Under the pieces are notes generated by a model. The model was not told where the DNA came from. It saw only the letters and a program-made list of their open reading frames with translations, and made no database searches. A stretch of DNA of 62,948 nucleotides, filler included, from Choristocarpus tenellus KU-1152 (taxonomy: Eukaryota > Protista > Phaeophyceae), in NCBI GenBank assembly GCA_964200185.2. It is 11 parts of 11 records of this genome, joined end to end, with 100 filler letters (N's around TTAATTAATTAA, not from the genome) between each part and the next. Parts side by side here need not be neighbours in the genome. Positions count along the whole stretch, not along the records: positions 1 to 4,446 come from CAXNAD020014518.1; positions 4,547 to 9,183 come from CAXNAD020013690.1; positions 9,284 to 13,468 come from CAXNAD020015793.1; 8 more parts are not named here. One strand, written 5' to 3'. Of the stretch, positions 1 to 11,995 are shown piece after piece. Position numbers and translations under genes: made by a program. Within the stretch, counting starts at the first letter, position 1, and every line of letters begins with the position of its first letter.

Positions 1-19
1 CCCCCAGATACTTTGGGTC
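1..19. mobile_element. MITE terminus (type A, poly-C/G), truncated at contig start
   Basis: CCCCCAGATACTTTGGGTC matches the right TIR of full copies at 13943-14121 and 42907-43088. Confidence 0.75.
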
Positions 20-1605
20 GTTGCGTTTTAAGGATCCCAAGAAAGGGAAAAATACAACATTTTTTGTACAATTGCAGAAAGGGTTTTCGAATAATTGTGG
101 GCTTTATATCAATTTGTATACACTACTGTGCACATAAAGCAATGAGATAAAGGGTATGGCACAGAGTAAAAAGACAGCATGGAATACAAAAAAGGTTCCA
201 AACCCAGCCTACAGTTCAATTGGTTTGTCTCACTACTACAGGTCTACCCGTAGAAGGGAAGGGGGTGAGATAGATACAGATATACACCGCTTGGAATCTA
301 CTGATAGGTACAAACATATTTTATTTCTCTTCTATAATCATCTTGAGTGCCAGAGTATTTCTTAAGCGGCATCTATTGTTTTTCCTCTGACCATCCTAGG
401 CACAGGCTAGTAAAAATAAATAATAATGTGAAGATGATACTCCTGAGTAATGAAGATACACCACCATTTGTAGCAATTACTAGACGCAAAGCAATGGATA
501 ATGAAAGATAATAGTAATAGTAGCACCCATTGCTAGACAGGCGAAAAGCAGTGGATTATTGTTACTGTAGACAGACCCTCCCTCTTCCATTCTATCTGTA
601 AACCATTATTTTCTTCTGTCTCTCTCCTTTTTGCCTTGAAAAGAGATGTAAAAAAAAGCAATGAAAATATTTTCTCTTCTTGGAACAAAAAATATGTTTT
701 GTTGTATATAAACCCTCGCATGTCAAAGTGTGTTATGCGAGCGTTATGTTGTCCAAGGTGAGCGAGTGTTTACGAGAGGCTTCCGGTGCTAGTGAAGTAT
801 TTATAATGGTTGTTTGGCGGCACATTTCTTCTTGGATGGATGGATTATTCTTGAGTTCCTCCTTCGATTGTTGACTGATACGTTGAGTGGTGTCTGGATT
901 GGATGGACTGGATATGACACTGAGGTTGATGTGTGATGACGTTATTTAATGCCCTCCTCTCCCCAGTATTGGGTGGGTTTCTCTTGGCTGCCCTTCTCAA
1001 CTACATTGAGGTTTTCTCCTTGTTTTTTGTACGTTCTCTGTATTGTGAAAAAGCGAAACGGAGATTTTTAAATCATGAGAGGACAAAAGGACCATTTTTT
1101 TCGGGTGGGATGGAGCAACGTCCACTTTTTTGTATGCACGTTCTAGAAGCGTGATCATTGGGACATATCATCAAGCAAATCACGCTGACCATGGGTAAGT
1201 AGGTAGGCAGGTAGATGAGGCCGTTATCATGCACTAAATCACACAATGGCCAGCTGCACGATAAATTCGCTTGTCCACAATAATACCATCATATCATCCA
1301 GGCGACAGACGAAAAAGACCGTATGACCATGAGTGCTGTTCTGGGTAACATATGTTACTGAATGAATTGGCTCAATCAAGCTTTTCGTCGAACAATGGAC
1401 ACTATGGGGCAAAATCCTGTTCTTAGATTGTGTTGCTGATACACTATAGACACCACAGGTGGTGGAGTAGGTTTTAGGTGGTAGAGTTAGTGACCGAAAA
1501 ACCGACCAATTGGCATGTTGTTTGAGTATTTTGTTTGTGTCTGGTGTGTGATATCATGTGTGTATTAGATATTTTCGTTCATTGTTGTTCTGTGATTAGT
1601 GTTCT

Positions 1606-1864
1606 GACCCGAAGTAAACGGGAGTTGCATTTTGAAGATGCTAACAAATATGGAGTATGTCCAAAAATCGTCTTTTTTTACAAATGCACATTATTGGAAC
1701 TTTTCTGAGTTTTACCGAAAAGTCTCGAAAAACAAATATAGAGAAATGTCAGAGGGCACAATAATATATGGAGAAATAAACGGTCTCAAGTCCAACTCCT
1801 TTTACAAGTATGGATGAATTGCTAAACGACCAAAGTCTGGGTACCTCTAATTTTACTTTGGACA
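1606..1864. mobile_element. Putative MITE, type C (divergent TIR variant GACCCRAAGTAAA)
   Basis: Left end GACCCGAAGTAAACGGGAG, right end TACCTCTAATTTTACTTTGGACA; about 259 bp like type B; flanks TCT/TGT. Confidence 0.5.
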
Positions 1865-1885
1865 TGTAGACATGGTAGCCATTCA

Positions 1886-1940
1886 GAGTCAAAGTAAACG
1901 AGAGGTACCCAGAACTGCATTTATAGCAAAATTCGTTTTT
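1886..1940. mobile_element. Left terminus of a second type C element
   Basis: GAGTCAAAGTAAACGAGAGGTACCCAG is the inverted match of 1837-1863; its other end was not found. Confidence 0.45.
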
Positions 1941-4419
1941 TTTACAACTGTTTTAGAATCTTTTTGTATTCTGTTGCGAAGTTTCAAACAATAGAGAAAC
2001 TAATGCTCTCAAGCCAAACTTAGCATTTCATCCATAGATTATACATATTTACACATTTTGTGGGCGCTAAAGTCTGCGTGTTGAACAATTGTTCCATATC
2101 GAATGTTAAAGAGGAAATGGAGACGAATGCCGCCCTGACAACGGACGATTTTCGAAAGCCTTGTGCTCGACAACGGACTCTATTGAAGAACAAACAGGTT
2201 CTGGCGTCATATGGACAAAAATTGTTATGGAAGAACTGGTCCCAGAACGTTGTCCAGATTATGGATGTTAAGGAGCAAAATAATTTTGACGTGGTAATAG
2301 AAAACATTCGTTATACACGTTAAATGTGGTCTAGCGTTCTGTGGGGTAATAACACCACTAGTGTTGAATGTTACCTCGTCTGAGGTGCGAACATTCCACA
2401 CTCTGCACTCCACACTCCACACCCCACACTTCGAACTCTGCACAACATTTTGACGCAACAGACTTTGTAGGTAAACATAACAATGTTTTATGGAGCCACT
2501 TAGCCACTTTTTTCTTTCTATTGAGTGCTTCCTTCATAACCTGTTTCTTCGCTTTCACTGACTGGTCCTTGAGACGGGCGTATTTCAAGCTCTTGTCCAC
2601 TCACTACAGACTGTGGACATGATGCTCTTTCGAAGATTATCCTGTCCAAGCGACTTCGGCGGATATTTTGTTTTCTGTTTTTGTTGTGTGCCCTGTCTGC
2701 AACGGGTAGCCTTCTTCATGTTACCTGGTGCAGGTACCATTTTGTGGCGAGCACATGGTGGTGAGAGACAGGATCATCACATGCGGTCAGCCTTCAAGAT
2801 TGTGGTTTGCATGGAAGTATTTATGTCTTTGTCAGTGGGATTGTGCTTTTTTTGACAAAACAAGCGGCCAAGTCAGAGGTGCCTGCTCTTTAGTGCGAGC
2901 TTGGTGAGAAAGGGAATATACTACATCATCTGAATATGTATGTGTACGGATACCCTGCATGGTGTAGCACACAATCCGAGAGCAGTCCATGCGTATCGTT
3001 GCTACATTATTATAGTAATTAGTCGCGTAGTAAGTTTAATGTTCCCTTGCTGCGGAAACTGCATAATCTCTGCATCCTGTGTACAACAAGAGAAATAGAG
3101 GCGTACCAAATAAATATCCAATCACTTGGGACAACCCAACTCCCTCAACAGCGTTGGTATTGTAGGTATTAATTGTGCTTTTGCCAAATGATATATTTGT
3201 GTAAGGTGCAGACTGAAGCTTCAGAAAAATAGTAAATTGTACCAACAAATTTGGAGGGACATCATGTGGCCCCTCTCTAAGTTGTAAGTACAAGATGTAT
3301 TTGTACAAGGTCCAGTCCCGGTTTTGGAGTCAAGGTCCGATCCTCGATCCTCAGTTCTTAGTCAGTGCATCGGGTAGGCTGGTTTTATGACACAGGCAAA
3401 AAACTACAACAGCGGCAGTGTGATGTGATGGTTGATATTCTCGCCAAATATCCTTACTAGGTACTCCAAAGTAGCGTACAACTTAGTATCACTTCATGCA
3501 TGTACTGGCAGAACGAAGGCTAATTCATCGAGGAGGAACGCTGCCAGCTGAGTTACCAGTTGACTTGGTGCAAGAAAGTTCCGAGGGAAGAGGGGTTGGT
3601 CAATGAACAATGTGATGGCTGGACCAAATATGTAAGAAGCAAGTAGGCATGCGTAAAAGTAGAGTAGTAAGTAATCGAATCTTTATTAGCAGTAGTGCAA
3701 GCAGCAAGTAAAGGTATATTTGCAATGCAGTTGTACTCTTATTAGTATCGTAGCACCTTCGGCCATCGGTGTAGACGTTGCGGTCCTTGACGTGACATAG
3801 TCCACTCATGCAAGGACGAAAAAGAGAATCACTGAGTGAGTTGGAAATGGGCCATGATGGACCGATATAAACTGTAACTGAGCCAACAAGGAAAGGCTGA
3901 ACAAGCGCTGGTGTGGACCTGAATGAGGATTGATGATGAAGATGGGGGGGCTCAAGAGAGATCCCCAAGATGACTGCAGCTCTGAAGAGGGTCCACTGTG
4001 GAATCAGGGTTCATTCTTGAAGACCCCGCAGGAACCAGTCAGTCGATCTGAGAGACTCCTCTACGGAACCAGCTCTTAAAGAGATAGGGAATCGGCCACT
4101 CTGAAGAGACTTCAGTGGGTGTGACTGGGTCAAAAGAGTCATAGTACCATAGTTGATGGTGCCGTTGAGTAGAAGAGGATTTTGTGACTACCTTATGGAA
4201 CATGTGCTTCTTCTATGAATGAATGTTCGTCTCCTCTTCTACAGCCACAGCCTCCTGATTGGTGTTAGCGGTATTTTGGGCATGCGAATGGGGTTAACAG
4301 GCAGAAGAATCTTCAAGTCCCTTAAGCTTACTCTAAAGGGTCTGAATCGACCCCCCTCTAGGATACTGACTCCATTGCCATGGCAATGAACAGTTTGACG
4401 ACTGATTGGGAACCCTTCT

Positions 4420-4446
4420 GGGTCAAAGTATCTTGGGGGGGGGGGG
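4420..4446. mobile_element. MITE terminus (type A), truncated at contig end
   Basis: GGGTCAAAGTATCTTGGGGGGG. Confidence 0.75.
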
Positions 4447-4546
4447 NNNNNNNNNNNNNNNNNNNNNNNNNNNNNNNNNNNNNNNNNNNNTTAATTAATT
4501 AANNNNNNNNNNNNNNNNNNNNNNNNNNNNNNNNNNNNNNNNNNNN
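4447..4546. other. Artificial contig spacer (44N + TTAATTAATTAA + 44N). Identical spacers at 9184-9283, 13469-13568, 22772-22871, 27971-28070, 35003-35102, 38147-38246, 43783-43882, 50537-50636, 57942-58041
   Basis: Ten identical 100-bp blocks with a six-frame-stop linker in the centre. Confidence 0.98.
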
Positions 4547-7500
4547 CGCCTTCCTCAATTTTGAGATTCCCCTGTTAGAGGGTGAAGCTACTAGTACCAC
4601 CTTACCTTCATTAGCATTATTTTTTATCATGCCCACTATTTTTTTCTAAAGTTGATGGAATTTTTGGATCCTACCACAACAATGAATGTGATACATAGAA
4701 ATACGTACCTCCCAATCTCAATATTACAACTATCATTACCATAATTTTGAATGATAGTTACGATTATGATGATGATCATTATCAAAATATATCTTACTAT
4801 TACTTCTATTACTATTGATCATAAGAATAAACAATGTACTACTTCTCATACTAACCGTTGACTTAACCGTTGTTGTACTACAACTAATTGTACTGTGTCT
4901 ATTCCATCCTGCTTTCTTCGTCACATGTGTTCAAAATTCCCACTAATGTTTGTCACTCCGTTTCTTCCCTCAAATCTCCTGTTAGACCTGTCCCAAAGTT
5001 TTCCACTTAGATCTTGGTTCGACTTTTTTGTGATACAGCATAGAGAGCCTACTACAGTTTTGGAAGCCGTTGTGGTTGTCATATCGAATAGTATCTACAA
5101 CCAAACTTTCGTAGGAACAACTCTGTCGTCAAAGGGGTTCGAACTATCTAATTTCAGTACAAAATAGCTGTCTAAATCATTAGCCAACCACATATACCAA
5201 TAAATAGAAAAAAGCAAATGTCACAGATATTCCTAACCTGCAAAAAAAAACTTCGTCCCCCTCATAGATCCAATATGTCGTATGTTATGTAGGGAAAAAG
5301 AAAAAGTTGTAATTCCAGTACGTACTACCGTGGAAGAATCAGAATTTGTTCTTGAAGATGTGGTCTTGTTGCTTCCAGTTGGTTGATAGATGGAAGAATT
5401 ATTCTAGAATATGTTCATTGATTGGTCAAGTAGTCTTGCCGATGAGTTCAATGACTTTCAAGTTCAAGAGAATGGTGAGAAGATGGTGCAGGTGGTCTGT
5501 TGTCATGAGGTTCTGTTATTGTCAATTCTCGCCTCTTGTCCATTCCCAAACAGCTGAACGTAGGAAACCACCCCGCCAACGAGAGTCTGAGAAAATTCCC
5601 CTTTAACTATACAACTTATCACCGCAAAGTTTGCACAAGGCTAGGATATCTTTTGCCTTCGACTATTGACAGGTTCCATCCCTGAAACAGCACTGTTTCT
5701 GTCCTGTTTGCGGGAATTTTGAGGAAGAAAATCATTGTGGAGGGGACGCTGGTACGATGATATCGACACCTTTTACCCGAGCGTTCAATGTAAAGACTCC
5801 AATTTGCCTGGCGCCCATGGCAGGCATATCTGGTGGGAGACTGGCAGGTGAGAGAGGTTCCATGACGGAATCTCTACCAGCAACACCTAATTTCCTTCTC
5901 TGATCCGCAATCATTGATTTGGCAATACAGGCCGTAGAATTCACGTCGTCGATCTCCTTGTCAATATCGTGGTCGACCTATTGCATGCGTTTGCCTCCTG
6001 CCTACTGATTGTGTGATCGCGTCTGATGAATTCTGTGGTGATCGCCATAGATGGGTTTTATTTACCAAAACCATTTAGACACCTAACGCTGCGGGCCACC
6101 ATCGAGTGCGTTGAGAGATATAAGGGCATTTACTTCAACCAAAATCTTAATGTATTGTCGCGGCTGCACGTTTTCTAGAGTGGTTGAGACTCCAAATCTC
6201 GAAAAAGCAGACCGTATCCCACCCAGTTGGGACATGTAGCACATGTATTCCCTCGTCCATTGTCTTCTCATACTCAATATGTTAATTGAAGACATGTTGC
6301 ACGCACACTACCTTCTGCTTGCGTCAACTCAACATGGAGGTAGGGTGAGCATGTATTGATAGAGTAATTCCCCTCTCGCGCACACTAGTGTGGGAACTGA
6401 TCTTCTGACCAAGACAAAATTGCTACCCTCCATGGCCTCTTAACATGAAACGGTCTAGAGTATCTCTTTAACTGTGTAAAGGGAAGCGGTTACCTTTTCA
6501 ACTTGTCGTTCATGTTTCTTCACTCGTTCCGTTTAAAATATATTTACGTACGTTTGCCGCCCCTTTGTGGTTGCTGTGCCCAAGAAGTGGGCAAAAGGTA
6601 GCGACCATTTCAATGTAACAACGTTGAGCTGGAGCTGCCTACGTAATATTCATGTTTGTGCACAAGATTATTTAGCGGGTCTACGATATTGGCGGTGTTT
6701 TCGTTTTGCTCACCCCTCGAATGAGATATGGCTGTGCACCAATAGAGCACTTGTATGTGACTCTACTTTGGTACTCTCATACGTATTCCCTTAATTTATC
6801 TTTTGTTTGAAGTTTATCCCTCATGTTGAGTGCTTTTGTGAAGGATGTTTCCTCTGGTATAGCCCATTCTATTTAACACTGCTTGGTTTATAGCCCTCAC
6901 AAGGAATGTTTTTGTGAAGGAGGATCCCTCCAGCACAGCTTATTCCGTTTTGTACTTGTTGAGTGAAAAATGCTTGTTAAGAATATCAAGAGCACTATGT
7001 CTCAAGCAGGAACATCTACTTCACAATATTGAAGTGTCACATGTAAATAGGTATTCTGTGTATGGTGCACATGTACCTCTGAGAGCACGGTAGGTTGCAC
7101 GAGATAATAATGCATCATAGTATGTGAAACCTTTTTGAAGGAAAGGGGGACTATTGGTGTGGTACACCTGATATAGTGGCATTTGTCTTGAAAGGGCAAA
7201 ACAATCATTGTAGTTCTACATCAATGTTGGGGGGTGACACTCCAGGGTACAAAGAACCAATGGGAAAAAAAGGTATTGGATTAAAAAAGCAGTACAACAT
7301 GGGGTGAACATCGAATGTTGGTGTCAAGGAGTTGATGCGATACAGTGAGGCGTGTGTTTTCACCTTTTTTCAAAATTTTGGTGGTCAATTTCAAAAAATA
7401 AATCGATTCACTCTTTTTACAGCAATATCTGGCCATGCCTTTTACCGTGGTGAGATGAGTTTTCTAAAATATTTGTGAAATTCTTACGGACGGAGATTCT

Positions 7501-9078
7501 GGTTATATTGAGTTGTTCAATCAATCTTTCTATTGGTACGCAGCCCTAGCAATGATGGCTCATTGTGCTACAGAACACAACAGCCTCACTACGGACTCGT
7601 ATTAAAAGTCTTAACTTGGTGAGTATTGAATGTGAAGTTCTCCAAAGGGCTCACATGTGTGATTTCAGTACTTCTGTCGACTGACTGCATGTCGTTTTTT
7701 TTTTCCATCTCCCCTCTCCTCTACGACGTTTTTTAATTTTTTAATTATTAATTATTTTGTGATAGATCTTGGCGTGCATTCCCCTCCAACCTCCCCTCCC
7801 CTCCCCTCCTCTCCCCTCCAGCTGCGGTTGCTCGAGGAGGAGGTCTTGGCATCATAGGTGTGGGCTCTGGAAAGGATAGCGAAATGGTGTCGAGGGAGGT
7901 GGGTTTTTTGCTCTCACATTCATTCTGTTCAGTGTTGTCATTCCGCTCGGTTTTTCACACCAATAGGCGTCATGAGAAATGAATCGAACTGTTCGTTGTT
8001 CGTTCGTTGCCTTGGGACTGGTTCTGTGAACCTGGGACTTGGATTTGGACGATGACTGGATTGTTTTCGCTGTTCACTCACCTATGATGTCACCCTATCG
8101 AAGAGATTGCTGTTGATTGCATCAGAGACCGTGGTGGAGAATTAGAGTAGACGGATGCTGACTGTGACCAGCGCGTGATAGTTCACAGGAACAGTAGAGA
8201 AGAGAGCGGTTGCCGGCCTTGTCCCCCCTGCCTGTGCCTGATGTCCGGCGCGATGGATAATATGGGGGGGGGAGGGGGAGGGGACCTAGAAGGCGAGGCG
8301 AGCCGACGAGAGGTTCCGCCGCCGTTGGACCCTCCTGGCTCTGCGTGTTGTTGATCCGTTTTGTTATCGCTGGAGGATTGTGCCCTATCTTTTTCCTTCT
8401 TTTTGCTTTTAAAAAAACAAACAAACAAACTTAGGGTTGGGGCTTGCACGAAATGATGACGCGACATTTTTTTTTTCAAGTCTTTTCTCTTTTTCTCTTT
8501 TTTGTTTTTGTTTTTGTTTTTGTTGCTGTAATGGTTTTGTTCGTGTGTGTCACGGCGGTTGTGGGATTGCACCAGAGTAGAGGATCGAGACGGAGCCCCG
8601 CTGTTCGCCTTTCGCACTCTGAAACTGTGCTGCGACCGTGTTTTTTTTTATTCTTATTTTTATTTTTTCCTCGCTGCCGTTCGCTCGCCCATATTCTGTT
8701 GACTGCTACTGTACCTGCAAATGGCGTAGTACGAAAGTGTCTTTTTTTTTTTCTTTTTTTTTCTTTAAAAAAAATAAATTATTTTGCTTGTGTACGACAC
8801 AATTGACTCCACGCGCGAGTCTCTCACGGAACACACTACTGTCATGAGTTGTTTTATTTTATTTTATTTTCTTCGTGGGGAAACAAATGTTACCGTCACA
8901 ATAGTCCCCAGCCGTGTGCTTGTAAAACGTTCTGTTGCCACGAACCTTGGTAATGGTATATTCATGAATGTGTGCATCCACACCGAAGAGAACGCCCTCC
9001 TCTTGAAGAAGGTGCCTGCACCTTGAAATGTATCCCTTTTCGTTGCTTTGATGGGACTGAAGAGGGACTGACTACCTC

Positions 9079-9120
<42 letters not shown>

Positions 9121-9844
9121 ACCACCCACCCCACCCACCTCCCCCACCCACCACCCACCACCCCCCCCCCGTTCACTACCAAANNNNNNNNNNNNNNNNN
9201 NNNNNNNNNNNNNNNNNNNNNNNNNNNTTAATTAATTAANNNNNNNNNNNNNNNNNNNNNNNNNNNNNNNNNNNNNNNNNNNNCACTATGTTCTTATTCT
9301 ACTGTTCCTGCCTCCCTCTGTTGTTGCCTTCACTGGTGCGTCAGAGTTGTATGTGGCAAACAGATTATTGTAGATGCCAATCGTTTGACGTAACATTGAT
9401 ATTGATATTCTTATTGTTGTTCAGAATTTAAGGTTAATGGAGTGCGCCCCCCTTTAAGGAACAGCAGATTATTGTTCTGCTGTAACTGCCCCATTCTGTT
9501 CTTGCGGTGTCTGGGGGTCAGAGCTCGTCATACTTCGGACCAATCGCGATTTAAATAATTTGTGCTTCACAAATCAGTAGAAAAACGAAAAAAGTACAAT
9601 TTGTGTTTGAAGGTGGAAGGAGAGGTGAAGGTGAACAGATCAGTTCTACCCAGCAACCTTGTGCCACAAACCGTCTACTGAGTAGAACTCAATGTTGAGA
9701 AAGGATGCACAGAGATCCCGATTTGTCGAATGTAACCTTATTGGTTAGCGTGTTCACATGGTTTGTAGATGTTGCTCGCCCTTTTATTGACGCATTTAAA
9801 ATTATTCTTCTCCAACTAATCTCATCTTCACAAATGTGCAGACC

Positions 9845-10096
9845 TTACTGTAAGAAGGAATGTAGTGTAACGACTTTGATAGGAAAGAACAATTAGTGTA
9901 AAAAACGAATATTGGGTTACGATTTTGATAGGAAAGAACAATTAGTGTATAAAACGAATGTGGGGTTACGATTTTGATTGGAAAGAACATTTACTGCAAA
10001 AATTAATGTAGGGTTACAATTTTGATAGGAAGGAACAATTACTGTAAAAAACTAATGTAGGGTTACGATTTTGATAGGAAAGAACAATAACTGTGT
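9845..10096. repeat. Minisatellite, about 49-bp unit x about 5
   Basis: Unit resembles AATGTAGGGTTACGATTTTGATAGGAAAGAACAATTASTGTAAAAAAC; starts at 9858, 9907, 9956, 10004, 10053. Confidence 0.9.
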
Positions 10097-10110
10097 ATGA
10101 ATCTCATGTT

Positions 10111-10386
10111 GAGCCAAAGCATTTAAAAGAGGGTAAGAGCTCTGCCCTGTTTGTTCGTTCGGGGCTTGACTTCCCACTTCTTTTTTTTTTGCCCTTTTTT
10201 TGGTTTTCTGTGTGAATAGATTGGATTTTGTAGTAGGTAAAAAGTATAGGATCATGAAAAGGTGTGTCCGGAGCAAGGATATTGACACTTGCAAACAGAC
10301 ACGATAGTCAAAATTGCATCAAAATTGTCACATTGGATTTCATGACCCCGAACGGACGTGGCCCTACCCTCTAAATACTTAAGCTT
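10111..10386. mobile_element. MITE type B (diverged copy)
   Basis: Homologous to 33451-33709; TIRs GAGCCAAAGCATT...AAATACTTAAGCTT; flanks GTT/GTT. Confidence 0.8.
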
Positions 10387-11059
10387 GTTGCGATTTACTA
10401 GGAAAGAACTCGATCCCTTCGGGAAAAGGTGATAATCATTCTGATTTTTCCAGACATTTCAGTAACAACAATAAGAATATCAATATCAATGTTACGTCAA
10501 ACGATTGGCATCTACAATAATCTGTTTGCCACATACAACTCTGACGCACCAGTGAAGGCAACAACAGAGGGAGGCAGGAACAGTAGGATAAGAACATAGT
10601 GCTCTATATCGGCCCTGAGACGTCAACAGAGTGCGCGCAGGCGCATGACACACTGTGAGATAAAGCCTATTTTTCAACAAACTCCCCATTACCAGGGATT
10701 TAAAAAGACCTCCAGTGTGTGTGAGAAAATTCCCGTTTTCAGTTCTGTCTCACGGAAACTCAACGTCCCCCCTCCCCCCCCTCGAAAAATGTAAATTTCT
10801 AGGAAATTTCACTCTGGGTTTCAGTCACTCGCTCAATCTGGGCTAAATAAGAGTTGAGTGTTTAACATTGTTCTTGCCTTTTGGTTACAGGGAGACTGTG
10901 TTCACTAACTGTTGCCTGAGACACATCACCATCACACACATCATCATTGCACACATTACCATCATTACAAATATCATCATTATCACACACCACCAAGTCC
11001 TTTTTCTGTGGGCTGAGTCTTTTTCCCAGACGGGTTGGACCTTTTCCACGAATACATGT

Positions 11060-11146
11060 AGCCCTAACCCTAGCGATATTATTCAACCCTAACACGACCA
11101 ATATGTTCGACCCTAACCCTAGTGATATTATATAGCCCTAACCCTA
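11060..11146. repeat. Degenerate repeat containing telomere-like CCCTAA motifs
   Basis: Four CCCTAAC(CCTA) cores spaced about 20-25 bp apart. Confidence 0.6.
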
Positions 11147-11289
11147 CCACATTGATGTTAGCAATGAGAGAAGATTATCCATTTGGGTGAGGTGGGCACC
11201 TATGAGGAGGCCTTAACGTGGTTAACCTGCTACTTCCAAGTATGTAGCATGTTTTCGTAGCGTAGAGAACGTTCTGTCAGGCGTTCTTG

Positions 11290-11459
11290 TTTTTGTTATT
11301 ATTATTGTTACTATCATTTATCATTTATCATTATTATTGTTCTTGTTCTTGTTATTATTGTTACTGTCATTCATATATTGTCATTGTTCTTATTTCTGTT
11401 ATTATTATCAATACTATTCTTAATGTTACCATTATCATTACCATTGTTATTATTTTCAC

Positions 11460-11497
<38 letters not shown>
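11290..11497. repeat. (ATT)n microsatellite and low-complexity tract
   Basis: Pure ATT run at about 11460-11497 with degenerate flank. Confidence 0.9.
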
Positions 11498-11607
11498 GAG
11501 TTACTGACGTTTACAGTTCAAGACCAGTTCTCCTGTGACGTGAAAAAAAAAGGTTTGATGCTGCGGTTCTTGAATTTCTACATCCTTACATTAATCTATA
11601 TTATGAC

Positions 11608-11657
11608 TAGGGTTAGGGTCAGGGTCAGGGTCAGGGTCAGGGTCAGGTTTAGGGTTA
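11608..11657. repeat. Telomere-like (TTAGGG/TCAGGG)n tract
   Basis: TAGGGTTAGGG(TCAGGG)n...TTTAGGGTTA. Confidence 0.85.
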
Positions 11658-11849
11658 ATTACTTCAGCAATCTAACTCTCTCTCCCGCGGGTGCTTGACC
11701 CTCACCGGCAGCTCTTGTGCACGCCCCCCTAGAAAAAGTTTGTCTTAGTGGAGTGCCAAGTATCGATGCCATCACTAGTTCCCCGCTAATGCAAGTATCG
11801 ATGTTTACCGTGGCAATCCATGCTACTCGTATCGCGGCAATCCTGATAG

Positions 11850-11995
11850 GTTATCGGGATGCTGAGATGCTGGCCCTGCGTCAAAAGGTCTCTGTATGTT
11901 TTGGGGAAGAGGCGGTGCAGGGAGAGGAGCAGACGGCAGAGGAGCTCCTAGCTATGCTGAGGCGTATGCCTCCCGACCAGATCCCATTTCTGCAG
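11850..11995 (+). CDS. Isolated internal exon of an unidentified gene (YRDAEMLALRQKV...LRRMPPDQIPFLQ)
   Basis: GC-richer open frame bounded by tag| and CAG|gtttgt within AT-rich, repeat-rich intronic-type DNA. Confidence 0.55.

Larger units (their letters stand above)
9284..10601. mobile_element. Foldback-like non-coding element with long inverted repeats (left arm cut by contig start)
   Basis: 9284-9421 is a near-perfect reverse complement of about 10464-10601; the interior holds a 49-bp tandem array and a MITE; no ORF. Confidence 0.7.

Noticed and set aside
2358-2600. Basic ORF (RKKKVAKWLHK) faintly reminiscent of TnpB/Fanzor
   Set aside because: No RuvC acidic motifs or zinc ribbon in any adjacent frame; too short.
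3000-4400. Possible decayed gypsy integrase/chromodomain tail; similar hints of LINE relics at about 13700-14200 and 42200-42900
   Set aside because: Only isolated weak motifs; no diagnostic domain could be reconstructed.
4491-4502. Recurring TTAATTAATTAA palindrome at regular intervals
   Set aside because: Artificial six-frame-stop linker embedded in N runs; not biological, and adjacency across it is meaningless.
8962-9235. Poly-Pro/poly-Gly ORFs (also about 13380-13410 and 49215-49560)
   Set aside because: Translations of C/G homopolymer tracts at contig ends or gaps.
9845-10096. CRISPR-like appearance of the 49-bp (and 28-bp, 48-bp) arrays
   Set aside because: Units are contiguous with no unique spacers, there are no cas genes, and the context is eukaryotic. 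These are minisatellites.
11287-11698. Hydrophobic poly-I/L and VRVRVR ORFs
   Set aside because: Translations of (ATT)n and TCAGGG repeats.
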